NCBI GenBank assembly: GCA_964016885.1
Contig: OZ024749.1
Coordinates: 49,848,001-49,912,000, forward strand
From: Eledone cirrhosa
Lineage: Eukaryota
DNA length: 64,000 nt
Reading direction: 5' to 3'
This document shows positions 13,088-28,735 of the stretch, one piece after another (the stretch's first letter is position 1; each line of letters begins with the position of its first letter). A program made the position numbers and the translations under genes. The notes beneath the pieces were generated by a model. It did not search any database and was not told the DNA's origin. It saw only the letters and a list, made by a program, of their open reading frames with translations.

Positions 13088-15510
13088 TGACCACCACCGC
13101 CTAACCTCCCATGCTAACCTTTCTTATAAATGATAAATATTATTATTATTATTGTCATTACAGGAGGTAGGAAAACAAGTATTTTTCGGACGGGTGCCGT
13201 GTATAAAATAGATAGATTTTTATAGGAAAAATATTACAAAATGTGTTACGTGATCTGTTGTGAAGAGATCTCATATGCAATGACTTTGAAATAGTTATTT
13301 ATGAAGAACAATTTAAACGTTGCTTGTTATCCCCTGCAATTTAATATTTGCCTTTATACATTTATTTTGCGACTAACTAGAACATATATATATATATGTC
13401 ATAAGAGACACATACATACACATACACACACACACTCTTACATATGTTTACTGAGCATACCTGATAACAACTACTTATGTTGTCCCCGATGTTCTACTTC
13501 ACAGGCATCGCAAATTGCAACGAATACCCAAGGATGCAAACACACGTGCTAAAAGGGAAATAAATAAAAAAAGATTCTGAAATTTCGGGTAAATGTATGC
13601 GCAGCTCTAAGTAGCAAAGCTATTATCAATGTTTAACGTTAAATAAACTCTATACTATCTAACCAATTACGTTGGTTTTATTCCTGAGCGATTTAAATCA
13701 ATAAATACAAGCACATTGTATTATTAAATGATGATTGCAACATAATTACATTCTATGGAGTAGACTTCGCTTTGCACTTAAGCAAGTAATTTCCATAAAT
13801 TAAATGTTTTGCCCTAATATAGGCTTTAAAAAGAGAAAGAGTCGACTCTGTTTCTACCCCATCTCTTCTTCTTTCTCGCTCTCTCTCTCTATATATATAT
13901 ATATATGTGTGTGTGTATGTATTTATATACTTATATATATGTGTGTGTGTATATGACCGTGTGTGTCCCTATGGGTATGTGTGTGTGACTTTGTTCTAAT
14001 TCTAAGCAATATTACATGACGGTTTCCATTCGTTTGGCGTTAAAATTTCCTGAAGACAACGTAATTTCTGTTTTCACTATAATATAAACACTAGAGATAT
14101 TTAAATATGTATATAGCTATATATGTAAAAACAATTCAGAATACAATTTCAAAAATTGGACAGCAAATGTAATATCTATTATAGTTGTTGCAGAGATTAT
14201 GGCTATTATTCAGCATATGTGTGAATTAAATTTTCCTCCGGTGTATTTTAATCTATAGATAACCACATATTTATATTGCTTCATTCATATTTTGGAAAGT
14301 AACAGAATATTTTGCATCCTACTACATATTGGGAATATCATCTTGCAATAAACAACGTGTGTTGGTTTCTTCATCTGACACGCTACAGGTTAGATACTCG
14401 CCGTTCACATATTGGTAGATTACACTAACATGAAAAGAAACATGCAGCTCATTTAGACTCGGATAGAGATGGACAACTTCTAAAAACATAATCCATCTCC
14501 CAGAATTCAAGGTGTATTAGTTTCATTGGATTATATTACCTTTATATAAAGGAGCAGAATACTTGGAAATGGGAATACTTGATACGTGTATTAATATCGT
14601 TTGCATGCATTTCATTTAGTTAAAATTTGTTTTCGCGGAATATAGAAAACCAAGTGTCACAGTATGTGAATTTGTTTTACATTTCGTTTTCTTATTTTGT
14701 TAGATCAACCTTACGTTGTATTGCTAAATAGAGTAGTAAAACATTTCAACTATTCTGATGTTTTCCTTCATTTTAAGCATCTAAACCGATAGAAATAACC
14801 ATAAATGTTTTGGTGATTATTTTTATTTAGACCCGTCTCGCTTTGAAGGTCAAATTTATATTTCCATGTGGTCTGGATATATTTTAATTGAATCGTAACA
14901 TCAAAACAGTAGGGGATTATTGAATTCCCCACTCACAAGATTTGAGGTAATACATACAATACGATTCCATTATTAAATATCGATCGCAATATAATTAGAA
15001 ATGTATTATATATAGAGCATTGAGTAAGTTATAGTGAAAGACAAAATCAACCATATAAACACATACAAATTCCAGGCTAATTTTTGTTTTCGAGATAGAA
15101 AAACGAATATTCATACCTTAATATATACGTGAAGATAAAGGTTTAACAAAGTTAATGCGAAGAGAAACCGCTATATATAGAAAGTGCAGCCCCTCCACGA
15201 CGCCCAAATGCTGTTTGAATATACCAGAGAACGCCTTCCAGCGAAATGCCACAGATATATTACAAACAAGGTAGGAAAATTACTGACATGATTATAGTTA
15301 ATTTGATTTAATAGGGGATTGAAAACACATTCCCTGCTCGAGGTTTTAAATGCCATGTTTATACAAGCAGCCGCGTGCTTATATATTCATATATTACATA
15401 TGACTTTATATATCCACCACCCTTCAATAATAATAATAATGATAATAATAATAATAATAATAACACTAACAATATTAATAATAAAAATAAATAATAATAA
15501 TAATGATAAT

Positions 15511-15704
15511 AATAATTGTTTCTACTTTTGGCACAGGGCCAGCAATTATTCCAGTGCATTACTGGTACTTTATTTTATCGACCCCGTAAGAACGAAAGGC
15601 AAAGTTAACCTCGGCGGGATTTGAACTCAGAATAGTAAGGGCCGTAACTCTATGTGTTAAAGCATGTCGTCCGAGCCTCTACCGATAGTGCCAATCCACC
15701 ACCC
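15511..15704 (-). mobile_element. SINE copy 5 within (AAT)n
   Basis: Family match. Confidence 0.9.
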
Positions 15705-15725
15705 TGTAATAATAATAATAATAAT

Positions 15726-15786
<61 letters not shown>

Positions 15787-15788
15787 TT

Positions 15789-15945
15789 GGCCCCTTCACG
15801 CTTTTTGGAACGCTTCAAAAGGGATGGTTGCTGGGAACAGCAAGAACCCTCCGATACGTCCTGAATATTTGAGGCTGCAGGTAGTGGCTTGATATTCATT
15901 TCAACAAACTTTCTAGTTAATTAACATCAATGACTGAGCTCAAAC
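15789..15945 (+). mobile_element. R4/Dong-type LINE family B, extreme 3' end
   Basis: Encodes LQKGWLLGTARTLRYVLNI* plus a 3' UTR ending in (AAT)n; homologous to 36877-37140. Confidence 0.8.
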
Positions 15946-16004
<59 letters not shown>

Positions 16005-16007
16005 TAA

Positions 16008-18393
16008 GACAAAATACAAAACTTTTGGATAAATGCCTTCACAGAGTCTCATGAGCTGTTAGGCCCAACTTTACAATGAAATAGTTAAGGAGCCAGAAAA
16101 GATACCATCATGGCTAGTTAACGGCATTACATTCCTGCTTCCGAAGAATGATGAGACAAACAATCACAAAAATTACAGACCGATAACTTGCTTGACCACA
16201 ATGTATAAAATGTTAACATCAGTCCTAACTGAATACACATATGACAATGACAATGATAACAAATGACCTATTTCCCATTGAGCAGAAAGGGTGTAAACCA
16301 GGCTCATATGGCTGTAAGGATCAGCTTCTGGTTAACAAAATGATACTGGAAGATTGTCATAATAGACACACAAATCTATCGATTGCTTGGATAGATTATA
16401 AAAAAGCATTCGATAGTTTGCCACACAGTTGGATTGAAAAATGTTTAGAGATTTTCAAAATATCCCCCGTTGTCAGGAGGTTTTTGTCATTCAGTATGAA
16501 GACATGGAAAACGACACTCCTTTTGAATAGTGAAACAAAATCATTGGAAGCTGGAGAAGTTAATATTAATTGTGGAATGTTTCAGGGTGACTCTTTATCA
16601 CCGCTTTTATTCTGCATCGCACTTATACCATTAAGTAAAATGCTCAATGAAACAAAACATGGATATAAAGTCTATGACAAAACCATTAATCACCTGTTCT
16701 ACATGGATGACCTGAAACTATTTGCCAAAAATGATGAACAATTGCAAGGGCTATTATCCACTGTGAAGCAGTTCAGTGATGACATTAAAATGGAGTTTGG
16801 ACTATATAAATGCGCCAAAGCAACGTTCACCAGAGGAAAGCTGCTGAGGAGTTCAGACATTAATCTTGATTGGGGGAACGTGATAAGAGAACTTGATCAA
16901 GAAAAAACTTACAAATATCTAGGTGTTTGTGAAGGAGACGGAATCAAGCACTCGACAATGAGGGAAAGGATAAGTAAGGAATGTTACCGCAGAGTAAGAG
17001 CAATCGTAAGAACGGAATTGAATGCAAGGAATAGGATCGATGCCATAAACACGCTTGCCATACCAGTAGTAACCTACAGTTACCATGTCATCAACTGGTC
17101 AAGCACAGAGATCCGTAGGCTCGATACAAAAATTCGAAAATTCTTAACCATACACAGAATGCATCACCCTAAGGCAGATATAGATAGAATATATCTCCCT
17201 AGGAAAGAAGGAGGACGTGGGTTAATCCAGTTAGACATTGCGTTGAAAACTGCGACAATTGGATTATCTACATATGTAAGGGAATCACACGTTTGGATGA
17301 TCAAACTCGTTTTAAAACACGAAAGCATCAAAAGATCATATTCCATTACAAAAGATGCGCAAAGATACAGTAATGGACTCACATTTCAGAAGTCCCATTT
17401 ACTGCTGAAATGGAAAACACAGAAAAAGCAAAGCAGGTAAAAGTAACTGCAAAGAAAGAACTGCTACAGAAACTGGCTAAGACATGGCAAGAAAAGCTCT
17501 GTATGGAAAATACCCAGAGCGAGCTAACAATCCTGATGTTGACAAAACTTTAACCCATCAGTGGTTGGCATCCTCTGGACTGAAATCGGAGACTGAAGGA
17601 CTGATTATAACAGCACAAGATCAGTGTCTGCCAACAAAAAATTACCAAGCCAACATAATAAAAAAATGGATGCAGCCCATTATGCCGTGTATGCAAAAAA
17701 CAACCAGAGACTATTGACCATATAATTTCAATGTGCAGTCCTATAGCTCCAACCGAATACCTAAGCAGGCATGACAGAGCTGCACAATACATACATTGGA
17801 TAATGTGTAAGCATTTTGACCTGCCCCATCAAAAGAATTGGTGGGAGCATCAACCACCTCCCATACTTGAAAAAGATCACATCTCAATCCTGTGGAACTT
17901 TAGCATCCAAACAGACCGAAAAATAGATGCAAATAGACCTGATATAATATTGAAAAACTTTAAAAAGAGGGTATGCCTGCTAATTGATATGTCTGTTCCA
18001 ATAGACAAGAATGTATCTATAAAAACATTTGAAAAATTGAGCAAGTATAAGGACCTGGAGATAGAAATTGGAAAAATGTGGAAATTGAGAACTAAAACAA
18101 TACCAGTGGTTGTAGGCGCTCTGGGAATGATACCTAAGGGGTCTATTGATTACTTATCGCAAATCCCAGGAAACCCGCGTATAGGAGAACTACAAAAGAT
18201 AGTACTAATGGGAACTGCCCATATACTAAGGAAGATTCTGTCAATATAAGTACATCACATGTCTAAACACTAAAGATGCATGTGTGAGTATGTATGTTCT
18301 TTCTTGAACATGGCGGACCTTGTTGTCTCTTGAGGTCACTGGTTGTGACTTGGTGATAACTCGTATGAACATAAAGCAAGATAAATGCAACTG
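16008..18393 (+). mobile_element. 5'-truncated R4/Dong-clade non-LTR retrotransposon, family A (RT plus restriction-like endonuclease, frameshifted)
   Basis: RT motifs [50 protein letters not shown] motifs RHD, RPDI, LIDMSVP, K.SKY.DL, PVVVGALG. Split across ORFs 16241-17440, 17484-17717 and 17731-18249; (AAT)n on both sides. Confidence 0.93.
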
Positions 18394-18415
18394 TAATAAT
18401 AATAATAATAATAAT

Positions 18416-18603
18416 AATTGTTTCTACTTTAGGCACAAGGCCAGCAATTATACCAGTGTATAACTGGTACTTTATTTGATCGACCTTGTAAGGATGAAAG
18501 GCAAAGTTAATCTCGGCGGGATTAGAACTCAGTCCGTAAAGGGACGTATCTGTGCTACAAAGCATGGTGCCCGACCCTCTTCTGATACTGCCAATCCACC
18601 GCC
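18416..18603 (-). mobile_element. SINE copy 6, tail-to-tail with the LINE
   Basis: Family match. Confidence 0.9.
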
Positions 18604-19309
18604 AATAATAATAATAATAAGGATAATAATTATATATGTAACTCATGTATTGTGGAGAAGCTTATATTTCTTTAGATCACCTCTAAATTGGGCGCTATTT
18701 GTTCTATGGACGCCAATGACCACAAGGTTCAACCGTCTTTGAGAATATTTCAACTGAAAAACATTTTAAAGTATGCAACTAAATACTAGAAAACATTCTA
18801 TTCGGTACTGTATCCATCCTCCCAATCCACCCTACCCCTTATAATAACAAAACGGATAATAACAGCATATATAATAGAAATATTGCTGATAAAGATATTT
18901 TTCCTTCAAAGTTCCCTATAGTATATGGTAGTTCACTTTCCATTGTTAATGTTATTTCATTTGTCCAAACATGACGTTAGAACCTATCACAATTGAAGTA
19001 TTAATTACCTATTTTGCTTCACCAGACAGTCGAATGTATTGTGTAGATTTACTACAGAATTGTTATATAATAGATTAGATGTTTTTGAACAACGTCTCTT
19101 GTTATACGACTACAGTATTATTAATACAATGTTGATTCTCTTGGATCTCAGCCAAGCAGTGCTATTAGGATTCAATTATTGTCAAACAAAGCGACTGTAG
19201 ACGAGGTTAAATGGAGAAAGATAAATGTAGTGATGGAGCGACAGAGAAAATCTCTAATGTCTGTGAAGTGATACCTCATGATTATGAGAGTGCATAGAAG
19301 TCAGTGTGT

Positions 19310-19358
<49 letters not shown>

Positions 19359-20160
19359 ATCAAAGAGAGAAGGACAGGGAGGGAGAGAGAGAGAGAGCAA
19401 GGGAGCGTTATACACTCACACACATACAGTCGCGTATATTCGCGTATAGATAAGAAATAAGATAGTGAAATGGAAAGATGAAATGTTAATAATCTAACTA
19501 GTAATGATTTTACTTGAAATACAAACATAATATTGGAAAATATATAACGTTTTCTAAATTATGTTAAAGGCCACCAATTTGGAAATTATTGATTGTATTT
19601 GACGTTATTGTATCTTATCAACCTCCGAAATACGAAAGGCATTGTTGATTTCCACGTGATTGGAACGCAACGTAATGAACTAAAGAGAATATTTAGCTAG
19701 GTATATTGTGTATCCACTATAAACAGGCATAATTTTATATTTATAACACATTGCTAACACATGATCGTACAGTATAAGAAACAAAATTAGTTTGGACTAT
19801 ATTCGTTGATGACACAAATAATTCCACATTGAATTCCACGCCGAACTCCGTACATGGCATTATATCAAGTAGCAATGGGTGAATTATTGAGGAAATTAAA
19901 AATATATGTCAAAGTTCTTGAACAGCTCGAGGACTGCCAAGCCGGTGCCAATATGCATTTATTTAGATAAGTCTGGATTTGAAGATGAGAATGTGAATGC
20001 TGCTAAATGTTTAAAAACTCGTCGATTTGGGAACGATATTTATTTTTTAAACTGAGCCTAAACCACTAATATAAAAATACGAAAGTGTCTTAAAAAATAA
20101 AATAAGGAACTGGAGCGTAATCTTGAATTCAATACCATATGTATTTCTACAAATATCATT

Positions 20161-20223
<63 letters not shown>

Positions 20224-20226
<3 letters not shown>

Positions 20227-20480
20227 ATATTAACAAATGGAAAGTATATTTATAAAACCATACTTATTTCATTATACATATTTCAAGAGCCACCAAAGCA
20301 AACTATGGTGCGCTTTCATAAGATAAAATATAATATAGGTTAGTTTTATAAACAAATATTGACATACCCTTAAAAAATGCAACCATTCTGGTTGGAATCT
20401 CCTGAATAGTGCTTTATATCAGTTATAAAATATTTAGCTTGTTGTATCCCAACAAATTAAATATAACCTCTACATAAATA
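20224..20480 (-). mobile_element. PLE-like pLTR repeat with decayed hammerhead
   Basis: Homologous to 45714-45900; the core reads CTTATGA-stem-GAAA at about 20272-20326. Confidence 0.6.
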
Positions 20481-22179
20481 TATATATATATATATATGTA
20501 TATATTAATATACATATATATTAGTGTATATATATATATAAATTAATATATATATATATATATATAGGAAAGAAAGAGAATTTATGTTTATCTTTGTGTG
20601 ATTATGTGATTGCTTTGGAGTGAAGCAAAATCTAATATATTTGATAGTGTGAGAGAGTTGATAATGAATTTATGATTTCTTTCATATGATATTGCATCAT
20701 TGATGTATATATGTTTATTTCATTTTGTATGTAGTCATTATATTTGTAACCGTCTCAATTATATTCTCGTTAATATCGATAATTTATGTTCTTTGGCAAA
20801 ATAAGGATATCTTAGTACTGGTTACGTATGACTACGATAAATCGATATCAATGCATATAATTTTTTTCAGCTACACAGGAGACGTTATGAGGCTAGAAGG
20901 AAAGGTTTTTACTAGATATACTATCCCATCTTTTAGAAATATTTACTTCCATTTTAGATCTGAAATGGACTTTTCTACCCTCCATATCGCTGCATTTGTT
21001 TCAGCTGACCAGGTGTTTACTTACTTATTTCACAACTCGCTACAGGAATATTACGTCTACATGTACGACGTGTTATTGTTACATAAATGTATGTCTAGAG
21101 ATGTAATTATATTATCTAATCTGCGATGAAGATTATGTGTATAATTAACATAATCATGTGTATAATTAACCTAATGGTATAACACAATAACTTCTACCTT
21201 GTGGGTATTAACAGTTTCTACTTGGTTCCTAGTAGGGATTCAAGGAGAGATATGTGTAGATAGATGTTGACAACCACGTGTTACGTTATTATAACATAGA
21301 TCCGAGAACCATGGCAATAAATATGCGTGGGCTTATTTATATCTGCAAAATCTGTGATTGGACTATCTAAACATGCATTTAACACTCCAAACATACATCA
21401 CCTGCTATCTTAGACTATAACATTCCCGAAAATATATGGTATCGTTCTATTCTGTTCTTCAACTCTGCTGTCAGTACTTCATTCCAATTCCCTGACTCAG
21501 CAATGAAATATATTCTGTTCGTTATTCTGTAATTGCAATTTTCTATCAGTATACATTTATTCACTAGTCATTTTTCATCGTGTAATTGGAGAAAAACAAT
21601 TTAGTCGATTTCCCGTTGTGTTTTTTCTACGATATAAAGAATAGTACATTATTTGGTTGGCATTGAGAATAATATCACATTAGAGTAGATATAGCAAAAA
21701 CTGTCTGTAGGATCGAGTCGTAGTTTTCTGACACAACTCATATCGAATGTGACAATTTTTCAGAATCCGCTTCAAAATCGATACTCAACATAATCGCATG
21801 ATGATAATAATCATTAGAAAATGATGCCGACGATGATGATGATTTTGGAAATTGATGCAGAGGAAGATTATGATGAGTATGATAACTGTTATTATCCATT
21901 AGTGTAGCCCAACGCAAAGCGCAAGTCAATGAATCATTCGGAAAATAAATAATTTCTTAAGATTTAAGCAGGTGGCTGTCTATCTGCGATTTCCCCTGTG
22001 GCCCAAGCTCCTCATATAGGAAAACAAATCAATTAATTTATTTTACTCATTGCCTGAGGATTCGACGACTCCATGTGAAAACACTTGTACAGGAAGCTGT
22101 TATATCACTAAAAATATGTAATTCCTCCTCCTATTCTATCTTTCTCGCTTACTCTCTCTCTCCTCCTCCTCCTCTCCAT

Positions 22180-22283
<104 letters not shown>

Positions 22284-22293
22284 TATATATATA

Positions 22294-22380
<87 letters not shown>

Positions 22381-22531
22381 TCATACATACATAGGTTGAC
22401 GCAAATATGATTCACCTTCATATGTGACTCGCTGCAGTATTTCACCGACCCACGTAATTATGTTGAACCGGTCGTATTAACCAGGCATAATTATATTGGT
22501 CTATCTATGACTTGCTTGTTTATATGATATT

Positions 22532-22720
22532 GGTGGATTGGCAGTATTGGTAGAGGTCCGGACGCTATGCTTTGACACAGAGTTACGGCCCCTGCCATCC
22601 TGATTTCGAATCCCACCGAAGTTAAATTTGCCTTTCATCCTTACGGGGTCGATAAAATAAAGTACCAGTAATACACTGGTTAATTGCTGGTCTTGTGTCA
22701 GAAAGTAGAAACAATTATTA
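22532..22720 (+). mobile_element. SINE copy 7
   Basis: Family match. Confidence 0.88.
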
Positions 22721-23134
22721 ACCTAATGATGTCGGACAGAGTTGTCCTTTATAAGAATATATAGACATATATAAACAGAGATATCAAAAACCTAACATAG
22801 GGAATTGCCATTAGGGAAAGTGGTTCGCATTTCGTCTGAGATAGCAAAGTCACATTCAACTCCAGGTTTTGTAAACAAAGAAATATAACTTATATAACGT
22901 GCTAGCCAACACTTTTGTTAGTGAGATGTAACTAATTCTAACTTTGCTTAATTCTAAATAACAATAGTGCCATGGTATTGCAAATGTCATTCGGCAAATA
23001 TTATTGTTAGAAGTGACTGTTGCGTGATTATAACTGCTGGGTGTCCTTTCGCTATAAAACATGACACACCGTGGAACAGTAGTTAACAATACATGAATGC
23101 ATGTACCACACATATAAATAGATGTATAATATGT

Positions 23135-23254
<120 letters not shown>

Positions 23255-23354
23255 GTATATACCACATATATATACCACATATATATACCACACATATAAA
23301 TATATGTATAATATGTATACACATATACATATATATATATACATATATAAATAC

Positions 23355-23528
<174 letters not shown>

Positions 23529-23586
23529 GTACATATATATTTATTTATATATATACATACATGCTACAATATTTTCTATATCTTGC

Positions 23587-23649
<63 letters not shown>

Positions 23650-23658
23650 TATATAGAT

Positions 23659-23696
<38 letters not shown>

Positions 23697-24305
23697 GTGT
23701 AGTTTGAATGTGTATCTGTGCGTGTATGTGTATGTGCTGCGTCTGTGCCGACTGTGTATAGCACGCGGATTTCTTCAATTACGTTATAATTCTTTCCTGT
23801 GTTCTTTTAAGGAGGTGACAGTTTGTTGGTAACAGGAAATCTTGCAGACATTAACTATTGCTGATTGTCTCCGTGATGGCAATACGTAATTGGTGATGGT
23901 GACTATTACTACTACGTTATATATGTCAGTGGGAACCCGAATGATATGCTTTGTTAGTTGAGCTGCTAACAATAAGTCTGAATTTTTGTCTGTTGGCCAT
24001 TATATTTTACTGTCTATGATTATTTCACTTTTACTGGTGTATGTTGTCTGTTTGGTAAATCTAGGAGCAGATGTGTTTCTCATCTGATATCCAGCCTTTA
24101 ATTTCTATGTTTAATAGTCTCAATTCATGAAAAGGAAGGGGACACCTGAGAGACACATTGGTGTCAGAATTTAAATGACGATTATCTTCGATATCGTCCA
24201 CAATAATATTTTAATCCACTGTATTCTTCGCACATTTTCTCTCTATTAAACAGACACCATACAATTCGTAGGGAATCGCATCCTTCGTTTGTAATCTCAT
24301 TATAT

Positions 24306-24480
24306 AATTATTTCTACTTTTGGCACAAGGCCAGCATTACAGGTACATTATTTCATCGACCCTGTAAGGATGAAAGGCAAAGTTAACCTAGGCGGGATTT
24401 GAACTCAGACCATAAAAGGCCGTAACTCTTTGCTGCAAAGCATGGCGTCCGACCCCTCTACCGATACTGCCAATCTACCA
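24306..24480 (-). mobile_element. SINE copy 8
   Basis: Family match with a short internal deletion. Confidence 0.88.
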
Positions 24481-26338
24481 TAATAATGGTCCGCATCTTC
24501 CACATCTTCAACGTATTAATTATCCACACCATTATCTACCTCATAAATAACACTGATATCATATAGGTCGTAATGGACCTTATAATAATTGTCATCACTA
24601 CAAAAAGTCCCCATGTACCAATAATGTTTTAACACCACATACAGGAAATAGAATGCAGCGTTACCACTCTCAGCATCATCAAGATCATCACAGCAACATC
24701 ACCACCACTACCAGCAACATCAATATAAACACAAAACACTGCAGTACAACTAGCACCAATAACATCAGCTCAAACAAAAATTTACAGCAATTACATTCAT
24801 CAATCAATATATGAATTACAAAAATATTTACCTCCACCAAAACCGACGGAAGAAGACAACAATACCACACGAAACAACATAAACATCACCATTGCAACAA
24901 CCCAAAATTATCGACAACGACTAAAAAGGAAGATAATCAGCAATAAATCTTGCATCTGAAATATAGTTTCAAATAAATATTGATGGAAGGTGTAGACGTT
25001 CGAATTTAATCCGGATTATAACCATAAGTATTGCTATTTAAGGATTGGAATGATTTCAATTCCATTTGAAAATATTTTCTTGGAAAACATCCAGGTCAGA
25101 ATATTGATTGTGTTTTCTTATTTATATTTCGTTATAAGTACCAATAAGTAATCATTTGTAAGGAGGTCAATCGTTATTTGAAGAGGTAAGTTGTGTGAAT
25201 AATGACGACAACACTTATGTGATTTATGGTAGACCATTCCACAAGACAGCCTATACATTTCTGAATAGGTTCCAACGGAAACTGAACAGGCGTTTGTCAA
25301 ATATACACATATACATAGAATCATACATACATATGTGCATGTCTCATGTGCCCCTTTATAAATATATATCTTTAAGTCTATATGTGCGTGCACACACATA
25401 TACACTGACATATATATGTATGTGTGTGTGTATTTACGTTTATATATATATGTATACGTCTCGTCGACCGTTCTCTTCAGAATTATTATCTACATCAAGA
25501 ACATTTGAAATAGAATAGTTAGAATAATTAATAATTGAACTAAGGTCATTACATAAGGTGATAAAGAAAATATAATCAATCTAATCAAGAATGTAGATAT
25601 GATGCATAATAGGGTTATAATTATTCATATTATTCATAAAGAAATCTGAGAAAAATTTCACAATCCGAAAGTCTTGTAAGTGAACTGTAGAAGATGTAAA
25701 ATATTGCAAGATATATAACTGCACTGGAATAAGATCTGAATTTTAAGCCACGGAGTGCAATGTAATATCATGAAAATGGTATTGTTTTAGGAGAAAATTG
25801 TGTATCGAAACTATTTCGAATTCCGCTTCCTATATGTGTGTTATCGATTTGATTCACTCTAGATTTGGTATCATGATTAGTTTGGGGACGACAACATTGC
25901 AACAGTTCTTCTACCTCTTCATTTACCTCCTTTTCTAGCTCATCTTCTTCTAAATGTTCTATTTATATCCCTTTTTGCCCAATTCTTCTTGTTCTTAAAT
26001 ATTCTCCTACTTCATCTACTTCATACTAGTATTCGCCTTTTTATCAACTGAATCACCTAATCAATTTCTTGTTGTATGCTATAATTACCTACGATTTATC
26101 ATCCAATAAAACGCCTAAAGCCTAATTTAAATCTATTACACTTTTCATGGTGTTACCGGAAGTCTATATATATATATATATATATTTAATAAAATAACAG
26201 ATTCTAGCCTTCAAATTTATTATTATTACTATATATATATATTTATTTTCCATTGGTCACATGCTTTGACCAGTATCACCGATAAACGGTAAGGTTTGTA
26301 TTTTGCTAGTGAAGGATTTTAACGATTCGCTGAGAATT

Positions 26339-26391
<53 letters not shown>

Positions 26392-27543
26392 TATATATGG
26401 AAAATAAATAACGTTTTTATTCGCAGTAGTTATAGTATTGGGTTCTTCAGAGCAGTTTGACACGGCCGATGAAGAACGTGATATAATTTGGCATCAATGA
26501 ACTCCCTCCCGATAATTTCACAAGCCATACAAAAATGATGAATAGTGTATTAGTCAGATACTTAATATAACACACGAAACCGAAATTACAGACATTGACA
26601 GGAGCGTAAACTGATGGGGCATGGAGTTAATTCATGTGTGATATAAACGAACAACCCTGTAAATTAGATGCTGAATTAATGTGTCATTATTTTACATGAA
26701 GCTTTTAAAATATTATTTTATCCGATTTAGAGATTTCTGTTTCATGTCCAGAAGCATTCAATCTTGATAATTCCAGCATACGATCTATAATCTCAGCAAG
26801 CATTATTACACATTGACAGTGTAAATATTTGAGGGAATTATAAATAAATGCAGTAAACATGGTGAAATTCTGTATCAACCATCACAGAAAATATCCAGCG
26901 AAATGATTTATAGTTATTTTATGTTTTACCCATATAATATAGTATTGATATTCTTTGTTTCCTTATCCTATATGGACAGAATCAAAACACGTATTTCATA
27001 TCAAAATATCTCATTGTGTTTTGCAATTAAAATGAACAACATTTCTAGAATGGAAATTATGTGGAATATAGATGTTTACTCTTAATATAGTTAAACTATA
27101 CATGTAAGTCAAAATGTATACTATTTTGACATGTCTAGAGTAATCTTGTGTATCATTTATCTTTATTTTTTCACATAATTTTTGCGTTACATAATTACGC
27201 TTATCAGCTTTCCATTTGCATCTTAGTATAATTTTCTCTCTCAAAATAGTGACATAGTTACATGTGTGTCTATATTCATGTCAATGATCGCGTCGTAAGC
27301 AGGTATTATACATATCAGCATAACAGTTACAGTTCTGTCTACACATTCTTGTTATTTGTTATACATGTGATGTCTATTTCGACGCAATTGCATGCTCTAA
27401 TCTACCACAGTTATCTGCTACATGAAAATTCTCTTATGTTGGTAGCTGTTGATGCATATCTCACAAGAAGAGTTGGGATTTATAAGATTGACTAAACATC
27501 CAGCTGCGTAGTTGGAAATTGTAAAACGTTTACATCGGTAATC

Positions 27544-27583
<40 letters not shown>

Positions 27584-27676
27584 TGTGTGTAAAAGGTAAA
27601 CAGAAATAAGAACACAATCAGTACAGTATATGGAAGGGATATATTAGGTTAATGCTTGATACAGCAGGAAGAGGGT

Positions 27677-27710
27677 CTTAACGTTTCGGACGCTAGTCCT
27701 TTATCAGAAT
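27677..27710 (-). ncRNA. Minimal hammerhead motif, variant core
   Basis: CTGATAA-AGGAC tagc GTCC-GAAA-CGTT. G8 is replaced by A; stem III is the palindrome AACGTT. Confidence 0.55.
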
Positions 27711-27711
27711 A

Positions 27712-28735
27712 TCTTTGCTTAAAATTTAATCTGTTATTTTAATAAATATTTGCTCTACGGTTCTTATATATTTGATATATATTTTCCTTATCGAGCCCTC
27801 TTTGGATTTTAGTCTTCAATTTTATTATTATTACTATTTGGCTCCTTCGGTTGAGCACTCTACTGACTTATATTCATCATGCAGAAACAACATCTGAATA
27901 TTTCTACAAAGAACATACCCGTACCAAACAGGAAAACATACCTAAAACTACTGATACAGAAAACAGACGCGTTCATTAAAAGGTTGCGTTGGCGTGCCTT
28001 TTATTTCGATAATCCGCGAAAAGCAGACAACAATGTACACAAGCATACACAAACACACATATTTATATGTGCGTGGTTTTGTATACCTATGGTAAGGTTT
28101 TGCGAATGCTTGTGTATGTACGTATCTGTTTGCGTGTATGTATTTATTTGTTTCTATTACTTCTGTATTGTATTTATTTACTTTGTTCTTAACTTTGTAG
28201 CGGAGATTCATTTGGTCTACTAGTTAGAATTTTAGTCTACAACTTCTGCTTTACATTTTACGTGGTTTTGTCTTTGCGTGCTATTGTTCTCCACACTCCA
28301 CATATGACGTATTATCTTCGTTTTTTTCGTTCATCGCCAGAGAACGTCTCTATGCAGCACCTAAGAGAACATTAGTCTACGACCTCTATTATACCATAAA
28401 CGTGGTTCTGTCTTTGCGCGTAATTGTTTTTCACCGCTCCTAATAATGACGTATTATTAGTTTTTTCCGGTTCTTAGCCAGCGAACGTTTCCACGAACCA
28501 AAGTATCGTCTTCCTGTCTTCCTCCGGTTGCAACGTTTTTTGAAATATCCAGTTCTGCGTTTACAGATTGACTTTGTTAGTTTCAGAAGATCCCGTTAAG
28601 GGTGAAAGCAGCGATTCTTTGCTTAAACTTTAATCTGTTATTTTAATAAATATTTGCTCTACGGTTCTTATATATTTGATATATATTTTCCTTATCGAGC
28701 ACTCTTTGGATTTTAGCCTTCAATTTTATTATTAT

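Noticed and set aside
14322-14510. 62-aa minus-strand ORF
   Set aside because: No homology recognised; its length is expected by chance.
20725-21129. 134-aa ORF with a possible acceptor at 20870
   Set aside because: No recognisable protein family and only weak donor sites.
22050-22095. CTGAGGA...GAAA spacing (similar cases at ~25455 minus, ~41690 and ~54128)
   Set aside because: Stem II or stem I cannot be paired convincingly.
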